From NCBI GenBank assembly GCA_030698395.1, contig JAUYKW010000026.1, forward strand, positions 12,797-76,796: a stretch of DNA of 64,000 nt, in the 5' to 3' direction. Position numbers and translations under genes: made by a program. This DNA comes from a bacterium (GTDB lineage: Bacteria; Patescibacteriota; Patescibacteriia; UBA9570). Every line of letters begins with the position of its first letter. Within the stretch, counting starts at the first letter, position 1. A model generated the notes under the pieces. That model saw only the letters and a list, made by a program, of their open reading frames with translations, was not told the origin of the DNA and made no database searches. Below, piece by piece: positions 49,003 to 58,136 of this stretch.

Positions 49003-49434
49003 ATGCGCCTTCCCTCCGCGGCAAGCACCATGCTTCGCTGTCACCGCCTTCTCGCCAAGATCGAGCTCACCGACCACAACCGCACCCTGCAGTTGTGTGC
49101 CATCCCGGCACTTCAGGTGGAGCTCTACCGCATTGCGTCTATGATGACGCGACGCGAAGATGTGAGACCTGAACAGGTTCACAAGATTCTCAAGGAGATT
49201 CGCGATATCGTGACTCTCGCCGAAACGCACCAAATGCTGATCGGCAATACGAATGAAATCGAAGATCTCCTCAACCAAGCTGAGGTCCGCGAACTGGCAT
49301 GGTCCGTTGTTCGGCACCTGGTCACCAATGCGATCGATGCATTGGACCTGTACGCTGATCAACTGGACGCCGACGTGGACGTCGAGCTACTGAGTATCGG
49401 CATGATGGCACTCGCTCCGAGTGTCCACGCCTGA
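49003..49434 (+). CDS. GC-rich islet 9: helical orphan protein
   Basis: TTGACT(48909)-N17-TACGGT, SD AAGGAG. Confidence 0.7.
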   Translation: MRLPSAASTMLRCHRLLAKIELTDHNRTLQLCAIPALQVELYRIASMMTRREDVRPEQVHKILKEIRDIVTLAETHQMLIGNTNEIEDLLNQAEVRELAWSVVRHLVTNAIDALDLYADQLDADVDVELLSIGMMALAPSVHA

Positions 49435-49746
49435 TCATGCTCAGCTATGGTAGCTCTCCTCCTCCAGAGGGCTAGGCTCCAAGCCATCCGGGGAAGAGTG
49501 TTCGCTGATTCTGCACCGTGCAGGAACATCGACGCTCTCCCCGGATCCTACCCCCCCTGTATATGTAAACCAACTAAATTGCATATAGAGGAAAGAAAAT
49601 AACCCAACAATCGGGTTATTTTTTATTACTAAAAAACATTATTATCAGGTCTCAAATGATTGACAATTACCCTATTTTACATTACGGTTATGGGGCTTTT
49701 CAGTTTGTAAACATCCCATTTCGGGACAATAGAGAGGACCAAATAG

Positions 49747-50166
49747 ATGACTGACCAGTACCTGTCGTGGGCGAGAAATGCTTTGCGGAGCACAGATGAG
49801 AACCTGCGTATCGCATCTACCGTGCCGAACCTGAACACGAACTTTGTCAGACGACTCCTCGTGAGTCGTAACCAGATCAACGTCTTCCTGACCGGTCCGC
49901 TCACGCAGCCGGGACTGGTGACGTTCGACCTGCACATCACCTGCCAGGAAGAACTGGCTGATCTGGTCGCCAAGTTGCTGCACATCTTCGAAGACATCGG
50001 CCACGAGGACATGCTCGAGGCGCAGTATGTGAGCGGCCTGCTCACTTCGGCCGTCGGGCAGACCACAGTCGCTTCAGCACTCTTGCAGAAGGCTCTGCGA
50101 GACGGCGAGGAGATCAAGAAGGTCGAGTCCATCGAAGGACCGTCGATCTGGTCCGCTGGTTGCTGA
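49747..50166 (+). CDS. GC-rich islet 10: helical orphan protein
   Basis: TTGACA(49660)-N17-TACGGT, SD GAGGA. Confidence 0.7.
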   Translation: MTDQYLSWARNALRSTDENLRIASTVPNLNTNFVRRLLVSRNQINVFLTGPLTQPGLVTFDLHITCQEELADLVAKLLHIFEDIGHEDMLEAQYVSGLLTSAVGQTTVASALLQKALRDGEEIKKVESIEGPSIWSAGC

Positions 50167-50337
50167 AAAGCGCCACCCGCGGAGGACGGGAATCCAGGGT
50201 GGAACGACTGCAACAAGCATCGTTCTCCCTGGCCCCACCCACACTTGAAATAATTCCTCTTTTTATCTATAATATATTAACAGCGCGCCACTTGGGCGCT
50301 TTTAATTTCATAATTATTCACTTAATTAAAAGTACAT

Positions 50338-51363
50338 ATGATGACTGTAGAACAAATATATAAACTAGGTATAGAATTAGGTATAGAATCAGATCCAAGA
50401 GGAAAAGCATTCGTAAAAAAACAGCTCAAACGAACTCAACTTGAATATGATGAAATGCCAAAAAAGAATAAACAATACTTCGATAAAGAGTATTTGACAA
50501 ATCCTTATTCAGATAGTCGCATTCTCTATACTCCATCGCTAGATCATGAAGTTAAAAAAATATTTGCCGGTATTGATTGTGATGCACCAGAGCTAATGGT
50601 AGCAAATCAACTAGGAGATATTGATTTGGTGCTTTCTCATCATCCAGAAGGTACTGCTCTAGCAGACCTACATACAGTGATGGACCTGCAGGTTGAAATG
50701 CTTGAAAGAGCTGGAGTGCCAATTCATATTGCAGAAAGCTTAATGGACGCAAGAAGTGCAGAGGTAGGCCGAGGAATTCATCCACTCAACGATCAAAAAT
50801 CTGTAGATATAGCCAGAGTACTGAATATACCTTTTATGTGTACACACACCATCACCGACAATATGGTAACAATGTTCTTTGAAGACTTAATAGAAAAAAA
50901 CCGCAAAAAAATTGATACCATTGGCGATATTATGGATATTCTAATGGAAATCCCCGAATATCAAGTAGCTACTCGTCTTAAATCAGGACCAGCGATTTTT
51001 ATTGGTAGCCGTAAACGCCGAACTGGTAGAATTGCCATCACCGAAATGACTGGCGGAACTAATGGTGCTAAAGAAATGTTTGAACAATTATCTCGAGCAG
51101 GAGTTGGCACTGTTATCGGAATGCACATGCGAGAAGACTATAAAACAGAAGCGCAAAAACACCATATTAATGTTATTGTAGCTGGCCACATGTCTTCTGA
51201 TTCACTTGGCATGAATCTATTTTTAGATGAACTTGAAAAGAAAGGTATAGAAATTGTACCAATTGGTGGTCTAATTCGTGCAAAACGTTTTAAAGAAAAA
51301 AAAGCAAGCAAGAAAATTAAACCTAAGAAAAAAAGTACTACAGCAAAAAAGAAAAAGAAATAA
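50338..51363 (+). CDS. NIF3 (NGG1p-interacting factor)-like protein
   Basis: NPYSDSRIL, SHHPEG, HT.TDN, AGHMSSDSLGMN. Confidence 0.8.
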   Translation: MMTVEQIYKLGIELGIESDPRGKAFVKKQLKRTQLEYDEMPKKNKQYFDKEYLTNPYSDSRILYTPSLDHEVKKIFAGIDCDAPELMVANQLGDIDLVLSHHPEGTALADLHTVMDLQVEMLERAGVPIHIAESLMDARSAEVGRGIHPLNDQKSVDIARVLNIPFMCTHTITDNMVTMFFEDLIEKNRKKIDTIGDIMDILMEIPEYQVATRLKSGPAIFIGSRKRRTGRIAITEMTGGTNGAKEMFEQLSRAGVGTVIGMHMREDYKTEAQKHHINVIVAGHMSSDSLGMNLFLDELEKKGIEIVPIGGLIRAKRFKEKKASKKIKPKKKSTTAKKKKK

Positions 51364-51366
51364 GCC

Positions 51367-52395
51367 ATGGAAGACGCTGACCGTATTATAGCTCCAGCTC
51401 AACAATCTGATGAATCTTCATTAGAGAATACTTTGCGTCCAACAACGCTGGATGAATATATTGGTCAGCAAGCTGTAAAAGATAACCTTAAAATTTTTCT
51501 AACAGCCGCCCAACAAAGAAAAGAATCCATCGAACATGTTCTACTTCATGGTGGACCAGGCTTAGGAAAAACAACTTTGGCTCATATTATTGCCAAAGAA
51601 ATGAATGTGAACATTAGAGTAACTAGTGGACCAGCCATTGAACGAGCAGGTGACCTCGCAGCAATATTAACTAATCTTGGTGAAGGAGATATCTTATTCA
51701 TTGACGAAATTCATCGCTTACAAAAAACTATCGAAGAAGTGTTATATCCAGCTATGGAAGATTATTCTTTAGATATGATCATTGGTAAAGGACCAAGTGC
51801 TCGCACCTTACGCTTAGATCTACCACGCTTCACTGTAATAGGAGCAACTACTCGCATGAGCTTACTATCATCCCCACTCCGTGATCGTTTTGGAGTGCAT
51901 CACAAATTACAATTTTATGTACTTGAAGAAATGATGCAAATAGTAAGTCGTTCTGCTAAAATCCTCAATGTACAAGCAACAGATGATTCACTAGAAACCA
52001 TCGCCAAAAGATCTCGTAGTACACCTAGAATAGCTAACCGTCTATTAAAAAGGGTTCGTGATTATGCACAAGTTAAGAGTTCTGATGATGTTATTAGTCC
52101 AGAAATCGCTCAGCAGGCACTCGATATGATGAGTATAGATGAATCAGGACTTGATCAAGTAGACAGATTAATTCTTACGTCTATCATCGAAACATTTAAA
52201 GGTGGTCCCGTAGGTGGTTCAACCTTGGCAGCAACCATTGGAGAGGATATTGATACCTTAGAAACTGTTTATGAGCCTTTTTTAATGCAACAAGGCTTAC
52301 TTGCCAGAACCCCCCGCGGTCGAGTTACCACGGAAAAAGCATATCAACATCTTGGTTTCACCGCTCCAGAAGATTTGCAGTCTAGACTGCTCTAA
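51367..52395 (+). CDS. ruvB: Holliday junction branch-migration helicase
   Basis: [39 protein letters not shown]. Confidence 0.97.
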   Translation: MEDADRIIAPAQQSDESSLENTLRPTTLDEYIGQQAVKDNLKIFLTAAQQRKESIEHVLLHGGPGLGKTTLAHIIAKEMNVNIRVTSGPAIERAGDLAAILTNLGEGDILFIDEIHRLQKTIEEVLYPAMEDYSLDMIIGKGPSARTLRLDLPRFTVIGATTRMSLLSSPLRDRFGVHHKLQFYVLEEMMQIVSRSAKILNVQATDDSLETIAKRSRSTPRIANRLLKRVRDYAQVKSSDDVISPEIAQQALDMMSIDESGLDQVDRLILTSIIETFKGGPVGGSTLAATIGEDIDTLETVYEPFLMQQGLLARTPRGRVTTEKAYQHLGFTAPEDLQSRLL

Positions 52396-52410
52396 AGCTA
52401 TACTAAACTT

Positions 52411-52674
52411 ATGGATATTCCTTACTACATATTCGGAATCATTTACTTAATCGCCCTATTAATATTCTTTGCTTTTGCTTTTACCAATATTTACCACATG
52501 GTCCGATTTGGATTTTTTGATTTTGTTGGCCGACTACATACATTACTCTTAACTGCCGTGATAGCAGTAGTACTATTTTTTACAATTCTGCTCCTGAAAG
52601 ATATAGATTGGCTAGGAAGTTTTACCATTTTTGAAGATACCCTAAATAGTTTAGGAGGTAATTTTGAATTATGA
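52411..52674 (+). CDS. Small 2-TM membrane protein
   Basis: Hydrophobic ORF with NIYHMVRFG. Confidence 0.65.
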   Translation: MDIPYYIFGIIYLIALLIFFAFAFTNIYHMVRFGFFDFVGRLHTLLLTAVIAVVLFFTILLLKDIDWLGSFTIFEDTLNSLGGNFEL

Positions 52675-53306
52675 GTAATAATCCCACAAAACCTAAAGAT
52701 AGGATAAAATTTTTTCCAACCCAAAGAGTTGATGAGCATATTGTTGTCATGCTCCGACGTCACTGGATTATCTGGTCTAAATACGTTATGCAACTAATAC
52801 TCTTTAACATCATACCTGCTGGAATATTTGCTTTTTTATATTATTTACTTGATTGGACTATTCCAAATGAAGGGCCAATATTTGTCGGACTTGTTTTATT
52901 ATTGTCTTTCTATTATCTAAGTATTTGGCTCGTTTATTTTCATCAATTTGTTGATTATCGCCTTGATGTCTGGATACTAACCGATCAAAGAATTATTAAC
53001 ATTGAACAACAGGGATTATTCGATCGAGTTATCTCTGAACTAAACATCCAAAAAGTTCAGGATGTCACATCTGAAATTCGTGGACAAGCTCAAACTTTCC
53101 TTGATTACGGCGATGTTTTTGTACAAACAGCTGGTGAGCAACAACGCTTTGTATTCCAAAATGTACCACATCCAGAAGAAGTTGCCCGCTTAGTAATAAA
53201 AACTAACGATGCGTCAACTCAAATAAATAATGTAAATATAAATCATCAACAGTCACCTCAAATTCAACATGAACCCAGCAGTAAATCAGACACTGAGATT
53301 AAGTGA
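52671..53306 (+). CDS. Membrane protein with bacterial PH (bPH_2) domain
   Basis: ILTDQRII..Q.GLF.R, VQDVT, YGDVFVQTAG. Confidence 0.8.
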   Translation: MSNNPTKPKDRIKFFPTQRVDEHIVVMLRRHWIIWSKYVMQLILFNIIPAGIFAFLYYLLDWTIPNEGPIFVGLVLLLSFYYLSIWLVYFHQFVDYRLDVWILTDQRIINIEQQGLFDRVISELNIQKVQDVTSEIRGQAQTFLDYGDVFVQTAGEQQRFVFQNVPHPEEVARLVIKTNDASTQINNVNINHQQSPQIQHEPSSKSDTEIK

Positions 53307-54276
53307 TTTCGATTACACTCTTCCAAAAAAATTAATCGCCCAGCATCCAGTTAAGCCTCGTGACCACTCTAGATTAATGATTTTAGATCGCGTAAAAAAA
53401 GATTTTGTTCATCAAAAGTTTTTTAATTGCCTAGATTATTTTAATCCGGGAGATATTTTAGTTGTAAACAACTCCAAAGTAATTCCCGCTCGTTTAATCG
53501 GACATAAATTAACTGGCGGAAAAATTGAAATTTTCTTACTTCAAAATATTAAGGATAATTTATGGGAATGCTTAGTTGGCGGAAAAAAAATGAAGCCAAC
53601 CACAATCATAGAATTTGATAATGATTTTAAAGGAAAATTAATCAAAAAAATATCAGACCAAACTTGGGAAATCGAGTTCAATAAACCTAACATCACATCA
53701 ATTGGTGACACTCCACTTCCTCCATATATCACAGAATCTAGTTCTCCCGAAGATTATCAAACAGTTTATGCCAAAACTGACGGTTCAGTTGCCGCACCCA
53801 CTGCTGGTTTACACTTCACTCCTGAATTAATGAAAAAAATTAAAGCCAAAGGAATTGAAATTTTCGATGTCACTCTGCATGTTGGTTTAGGAACGTTTGC
53901 CCCTGTAAAAACAGAAAAAATCAGCGAACACAAAATCCACAAAGAATATGGAGAACTATCAAGAGAAACAGCTGTAGCAATAAAAGAAGCTAAAGCAAAA
54001 AATAAACGAGTAATTGCCGTAGGTACAACATCCGTTCGTACTTTAGAAGCATTCGCAGGAAAAGAAAAAAAAGATTGGATTGATTTATTTATTACACCTG
54101 GCTATAAATTTCAAATAGTTGATGCCATGCTAACAAATTTTCATCTACCAAAATCAACACTCCTAATGTTGGTAGGAGCGTTTGCTGAAAAAAAATATAT
54201 GGAAGAAGCTTACCAAGAAGCAATTAAAAAAGAATATCGCTTTTACAGTTTCGGTGATGCTATGCTAATTCTTTAA
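53269..54276 (+). CDS. queA: S-adenosylmethionine:tRNA ribosyltransferase-isomerase
   Basis: DFDYTLP..LIAQ, AAPTAGLHFT, VGTTSVR, YRFYSFGDAM. Confidence 0.96.
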   Translation: MNPAVNQTLRLSDFDYTLPKKLIAQHPVKPRDHSRLMILDRVKKDFVHQKFFNCLDYFNPGDILVVNNSKVIPARLIGHKLTGGKIEIFLLQNIKDNLWECLVGGKKMKPTTIIEFDNDFKGKLIKKISDQTWEIEFNKPNITSIGDTPLPPYITESSSPEDYQTVYAKTDGSVAAPTAGLHFTPELMKKIKAKGIEIFDVTLHVGLGTFAPVKTEKISEHKIHKEYGELSRETAVAIKEAKAKNKRVIAVGTTSVRTLEAFAGKEKKDWIDLFITPGYKFQIVDAMLTNFHLPKSTLLMLVGAFAEKKYMEEAYQEAIKKEYRFYSFGDAMLIL

Positions 54277-55448
54277 TTCCAAAGTTTATTTAAAGTAATA
54301 CCTTGATAATAATATTTCAGAATTTTTTTCCAACCCCAATCTTTTTCTTCAGCAAAGTATCGGGCACCCTTAGCACTTAAACCTACACCGTGTCCTAACA
54401 ATTCTTCATCAGTGCAACAAGGATCATTAACTGAATTCAAATACGGATAATCTCCAGACCATACTTCAGACCATGCTCTCGTACGTCCATCTGTTTGCGA
54501 AAAATATGGTGTAACAACTGGAACACCATTGTAATGTATAATTTTTCCCCGCGTTGCATCAACTGCAGCTGCAATATTGGGTGCTCTTTGAGTAAAACCA
54601 TATCCCCTATAAACTTGGTCATTAGCAGTAGTATCTACTAAATATGGTTCATCCGCATGTTTAGTAGGATGTAAATAATGATAATTCACATAGCTACGAG
54701 CTGCCGTATATAAAGTTTTTAAATAAGCTATATCATTAATATCACCTGCCTCAGAAACGCCTTTAACATAATTTTCAATTCCTAACTCATTGATCATCCA
54801 TACTTTATCAGTACTGCTAGCATACTGCATCTCCAACATTCCTAAGAATTGATTATCATTATAATCTGTATTCCAAGTTGGCCGATTCTCATAACTATGA
54901 ATAGTTATAACTTTGTTGCTATACTCGGGCACTATCCTTACAAACTGATCAACCGACTTTCTCCATAAACCTCGTTTAATAATATATTTACCTGAAAATC
55001 GATTATATCTAATAGATATTTTTTTATCTTTTGCTACTTTTTTTATTTCTGATCCGTCGGCTAATACAATCTTCGAACTACTATTAACAGAAGCTACCAC
55101 TTTTTCTTCTCCAGCATCATACAAGCCAACTCTTATCCATGGCCTATTATTTGCTTTTTGAGGGGCCTTCGTTCTAGCTGGCGCACTAACTGCAGGAATT
55201 TTCTGATTTATTTCCGGTAAATGGGAAATCTGTATACTATCTCCTTGAGGCAATGGTGCTATGTAGCCAAATTCTCCAATATGTCCTGCTCTTAAATCAA
55301 TATCACCAGATTGTTGAGTGGCCGCCGTTACCAACTGTATTTGTAATAGATTTTTTCCAACTAAACTAAAAACACCAGCCGCCGTAATTACTATTACGAA
55401 TGCTAGTGCGAATGTAAAAAAATTGTTCAAAGCTACACTAAGTTTCAT
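54273..55448 (-). CDS. SpoIID/LytB-domain peptidoglycan hydrolase
   Basis: ENYVKGVSE, AARSY, DQVYRG, GHGVGLS, ILKYYY.G. Confidence 0.85.
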   Translation of the reverse strand: MKLSVALNNFFTFALAFVIVITAAGVFSLVGKNLLQIQLVTAATQQSGDIDLRAGHIGEFGYIAPLPQGDSIQISHLPEINQKIPAVSAPARTKAPQKANNRPWIRVGLYDAGEEKVVASVNSSSKIVLADGSEIKKVAKDKKISIRYNRFSGKYIIKRGLWRKSVDQFVRIVPEYSNKVITIHSYENRPTWNTDYNDNQFLGMLEMQYASSTDKVWMINELGIENYVKGVSEAGDINDIAYLKTLYTAARSYVNYHYLHPTKHADEPYLVDTTANDQVYRGYGFTQRAPNIAAAVDATRGKIIHYNGVPVVTPYFSQTDGRTRAWSEVWSGDYPYLNSVNDPCCTDEELLGHGVGLSAKGARYFAEEKDWGWKKILKYYYQGITLNKLWN

Positions 55449-55573
55449 CTCCTTATTTTATTTTTATTTTCTGTGATAATTTTAGCATAAAAATAGGCTT
55501 TTGTAAAGGTCATCAACTTCAGCGAAAACATTGACCAGACGCTCTTTCTAGGCTATAGTGAGAGCTGATTTTT

Positions 55574-57019
55574 ATGTCAATTATGCAAAAAGTAGCGCAA
55601 AATACTGCGCTACAATTTATTGGAAAAATATTAGGAACAGTACTAGGTTTTAGTGCTACGCTTTTTTTATTGAGGTATTTAGGAGATGAAAAATACGGCA
55701 ACTATACCACCGCCTTAGCATATCTTCAGTTATTTGGAATAGTAATGGATCTTGGTCTATACATTGTACTCCTCAAACATATTTCAAGTGATGAAAATAA
55801 AAATGGTAAATTACAAAATAATATTTTCTCGGCTCGGTTAGTAACAGCCATTTTCTTTCTTGTGACTTCCTGTATTCTAGTTTGGTTTATTCCTACATAT
55901 CCAACCATTGTTAAGTGGTGCGTCATAGTAGTAGCAGCAAATTTTTTCTTTATCACCATGAATCAACTACTCATGGGTATATACCAAAAGAATTTTGCTA
56001 TGGGTAAAGTGGCGATTGCTGAAGTTGTTGGCAAAACATTTTTATTTATAAGCACCTTACTAGTTGTGTTTGTATTTAAAGCTGGCTTATTAGCAGTAAT
56101 GCTAACAGTTGTGCTAGCTGGTGGCATAAACTTCCTTATACTATGGATAGGTGTTAGAAAATATACTCGCATCAATTTCGCTTTTGATCTATCCGTATGG
56201 AAACGCATTTTTAAAGAGAGTTGGCCCGTTGCTTTATCTATAGCACTTAATCTTATTTACTTTAAAGCAGATACAATTATTCTTGGTTTTTTTCAATCCC
56301 AAGCCGAAGTTGGCATATACGGTGCGCCTTACAAAATATTAGAAGTCATTATCACTCTACCCGCAATGATCGTTGGTTTAGTCATGCCTGTTCTGGGTAA
56401 AGCCTTTGCTAGTAAAGACATGGGACAATTTAAAAAAATATATCAACAATCCTTCAATGCTGTGATCATGATAGCCGCTCCATTAGTAGCTGGAACTTTA
56501 GTAGTAGCACATCCATTCATGCAATTAGTAGCTGGTAATGATTTCACTGATAAACAAAATGATCTAGGTTCAATTTTACAAATTCTAATTCTAGCAGTTG
56601 GAGCCATTTTTATCGGCACACTTACTGGTTATCTAATTGTCGTTATTAATAAACAAAAAAGTATGTTATGGGGCTACGGTTTTATTGCAATTACTGCATT
56701 TATAGGGTACCTATATTTTATTCCTAAGTATTCTTACTTTGGCGCTGCTTGGGTAACAGTCTATTCCGAGATAGCCATTATGTTAATTGCATTCATTATT
56801 ATCTGGAGGAGCACCGGGGTTGTACCATCATTCAATATTCCTCTCAGAATTATCTTGGCCAGCATTGTGATGGGAGTCATTCTTCTTTTACTTGGCAGCA
56901 TTAATGTAGTAATCGTTATTCTGGTTGGATTAATTGTTTATCCAGCAGCACTACTTGTACTGAAAGCAATATCAAAACAAGAAATAATGTCTATATTGAA
57001 ACTTCGTACCAATGAATAA
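55574..57019 (+). CDS. Wzx/MOP-family flippase
   Basis: RYLG...YG, DLGL, DTIILG, VGIYG; about 14 TM. Confidence 0.85.
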   Translation: MSIMQKVAQNTALQFIGKILGTVLGFSATLFLLRYLGDEKYGNYTTALAYLQLFGIVMDLGLYIVLLKHISSDENKNGKLQNNIFSARLVTAIFFLVTSCILVWFIPTYPTIVKWCVIVVAANFFFITMNQLLMGIYQKNFAMGKVAIAEVVGKTFLFISTLLVVFVFKAGLLAVMLTVVLAGGINFLILWIGVRKYTRINFAFDLSVWKRIFKESWPVALSIALNLIYFKADTIILGFFQSQAEVGIYGAPYKILEVIITLPAMIVGLVMPVLGKAFASKDMGQFKKIYQQSFNAVIMIAAPLVAGTLVVAHPFMQLVAGNDFTDKQNDLGSILQILILAVGAIFIGTLTGYLIVVINKQKSMLWGYGFIAITAFIGYLYFIPKYSYFGAAWVTVYSEIAIMLIAFIIIWRSTGVVPSFNIPLRIILASIVMGVILLLLGSINVVIVILVGLIVYPAALLVLKAISKQEIMSILKLRTNE

Positions 57020-58136
57020 CTCTAAACGACATAATATATTAATTCTGAAATTCCCCTACTCCTCTACTTATGGTGGTGGTGAAAAACACACCATTCGCTT
57101 AGTAGAAAAGCTAGATAATTATAATTTCTATTTATTATCAACCTGTTCAGTGCTAATTTCGGAATTCAAAAAACGTGATTGGAATGTAAATACTGCTTGG
57201 GCTGGCACAGAACCTGTAACTCCCACGTCTCTAGTGTTATTTTTCTTTACTGCGCCATTTGTATCACTAAATTTACTAAGGCTTTTAATTTTATATAAGC
57301 GCAAACACAATATTGATACCATATATTGTCTATCGCTTACTGAGAAAATTTTATTAACCCCATGGGCCAAACTAATGGGAATAAGAATTTTTTGGATGGA
57401 ACATCTACAGATAGAACGATGGCTTTTAAAAAGTCCCCTACGAATATTCTATGTCTTATGGTCTAAATTTGTCACAATCATTACAGTAGTGGAAGCTGTT
57501 CAGGATCAATTAACAAAGATTGGAATTGCCAAAGAAAATACACAGGTAATCTACAATTCTGTAAATATAAAACAGTTTATTCAGCATCCCTCGGAACCTG
57601 AGAAAGTAAAAAATAATTACTCAATTTTATTCGTTGGTCGCTTAGCAAGAGAAAAGGGAATAGATGATCTACTCCAAGCAATTAAAATAGTTAAATTACA
57701 AATACCTCACATCAATCTAACCATCGTGGGAAAAGGTGAACAAAAAGAACAATTAGAAAAAATAACTGAAGAATTGCAGTTATCAGATACTATAACTTTT
57801 ACCGGATTTCAAGATGATATTGTATCCTCAATGCAACAGTGTGATGCTTTAGTATTACCATCCACTCGGCGCGAAACATTTGGTATTGTAACTGCAGAAG
57901 CTCTAGCAAGTATGAAGCCAGTAATCGCCACAACAACTGGGGGATTAAGTGAAGTTGTTGGTAAACATGGTTGGTTGGTAGAACCAAGTAAACCTACACA
58001 GATAGCAGATGCATTATTAGAAATTTATCATGATTATCCAGCTGCTTTAGAAAAAACACGTCGTGGCCGTTTGCACGTATTGGAATTATTTCGAGAAGAA
58101 CGTATGTTAAAAGAATATGATAATATCTTCGCGTAA
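57012..58136 (+). CDS. Glycosyltransferase family 4
   Basis: GGGE, FVGRL..EKG, ETFGIV.AEA. Confidence 0.9.
   Translation: MNNSKRHNILILKFPYSSTYGGGEKHTIRLVEKLDNYNFYLLSTCSVLISEFKKRDWNVNTAWAGTEPVTPTSLVLFFFTAPFVSLNLLRLLILYKRKHNIDTIYCLSLTEKILLTPWAKLMGIRIFWMEHLQIERWLLKSPLRIFYVLWSKFVTIITVVEAVQDQLTKIGIAKENTQVIYNSVNIKQFIQHPSEPEKVKNNYSILFVGRLAREKGIDDLLQAIKIVKLQIPHINLTIVGKGEQKEQLEKITEELQLSDTITFTGFQDDIVSSMQQCDALVLPSTRRETFGIVTAEALASMKPVIATTTGGLSEVVGKHGWLVEPSKPTQIADALLEIYHDYPAALEKTRRGRLHVLELFREERMLKEYDNIFA

Noticed and set aside
48242-50216. Long antisense ORFs over the GC islets (e.g. 48298-48726, 48931-49362, 49677-50216; also 24539-25180, 22179-22604)
   Set aside because: Shadow ORFs are expected in GC-rich coding DNA; they lack promoter and SD support.
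6836-50243. Assembly chimerism or contamination as the cause of the GC-rich patches
   Set aside because: Ten short patches that begin at a correctly spaced promoter and share UTR motifs are unlikely from random misjoins. Not formally excluded without reads.
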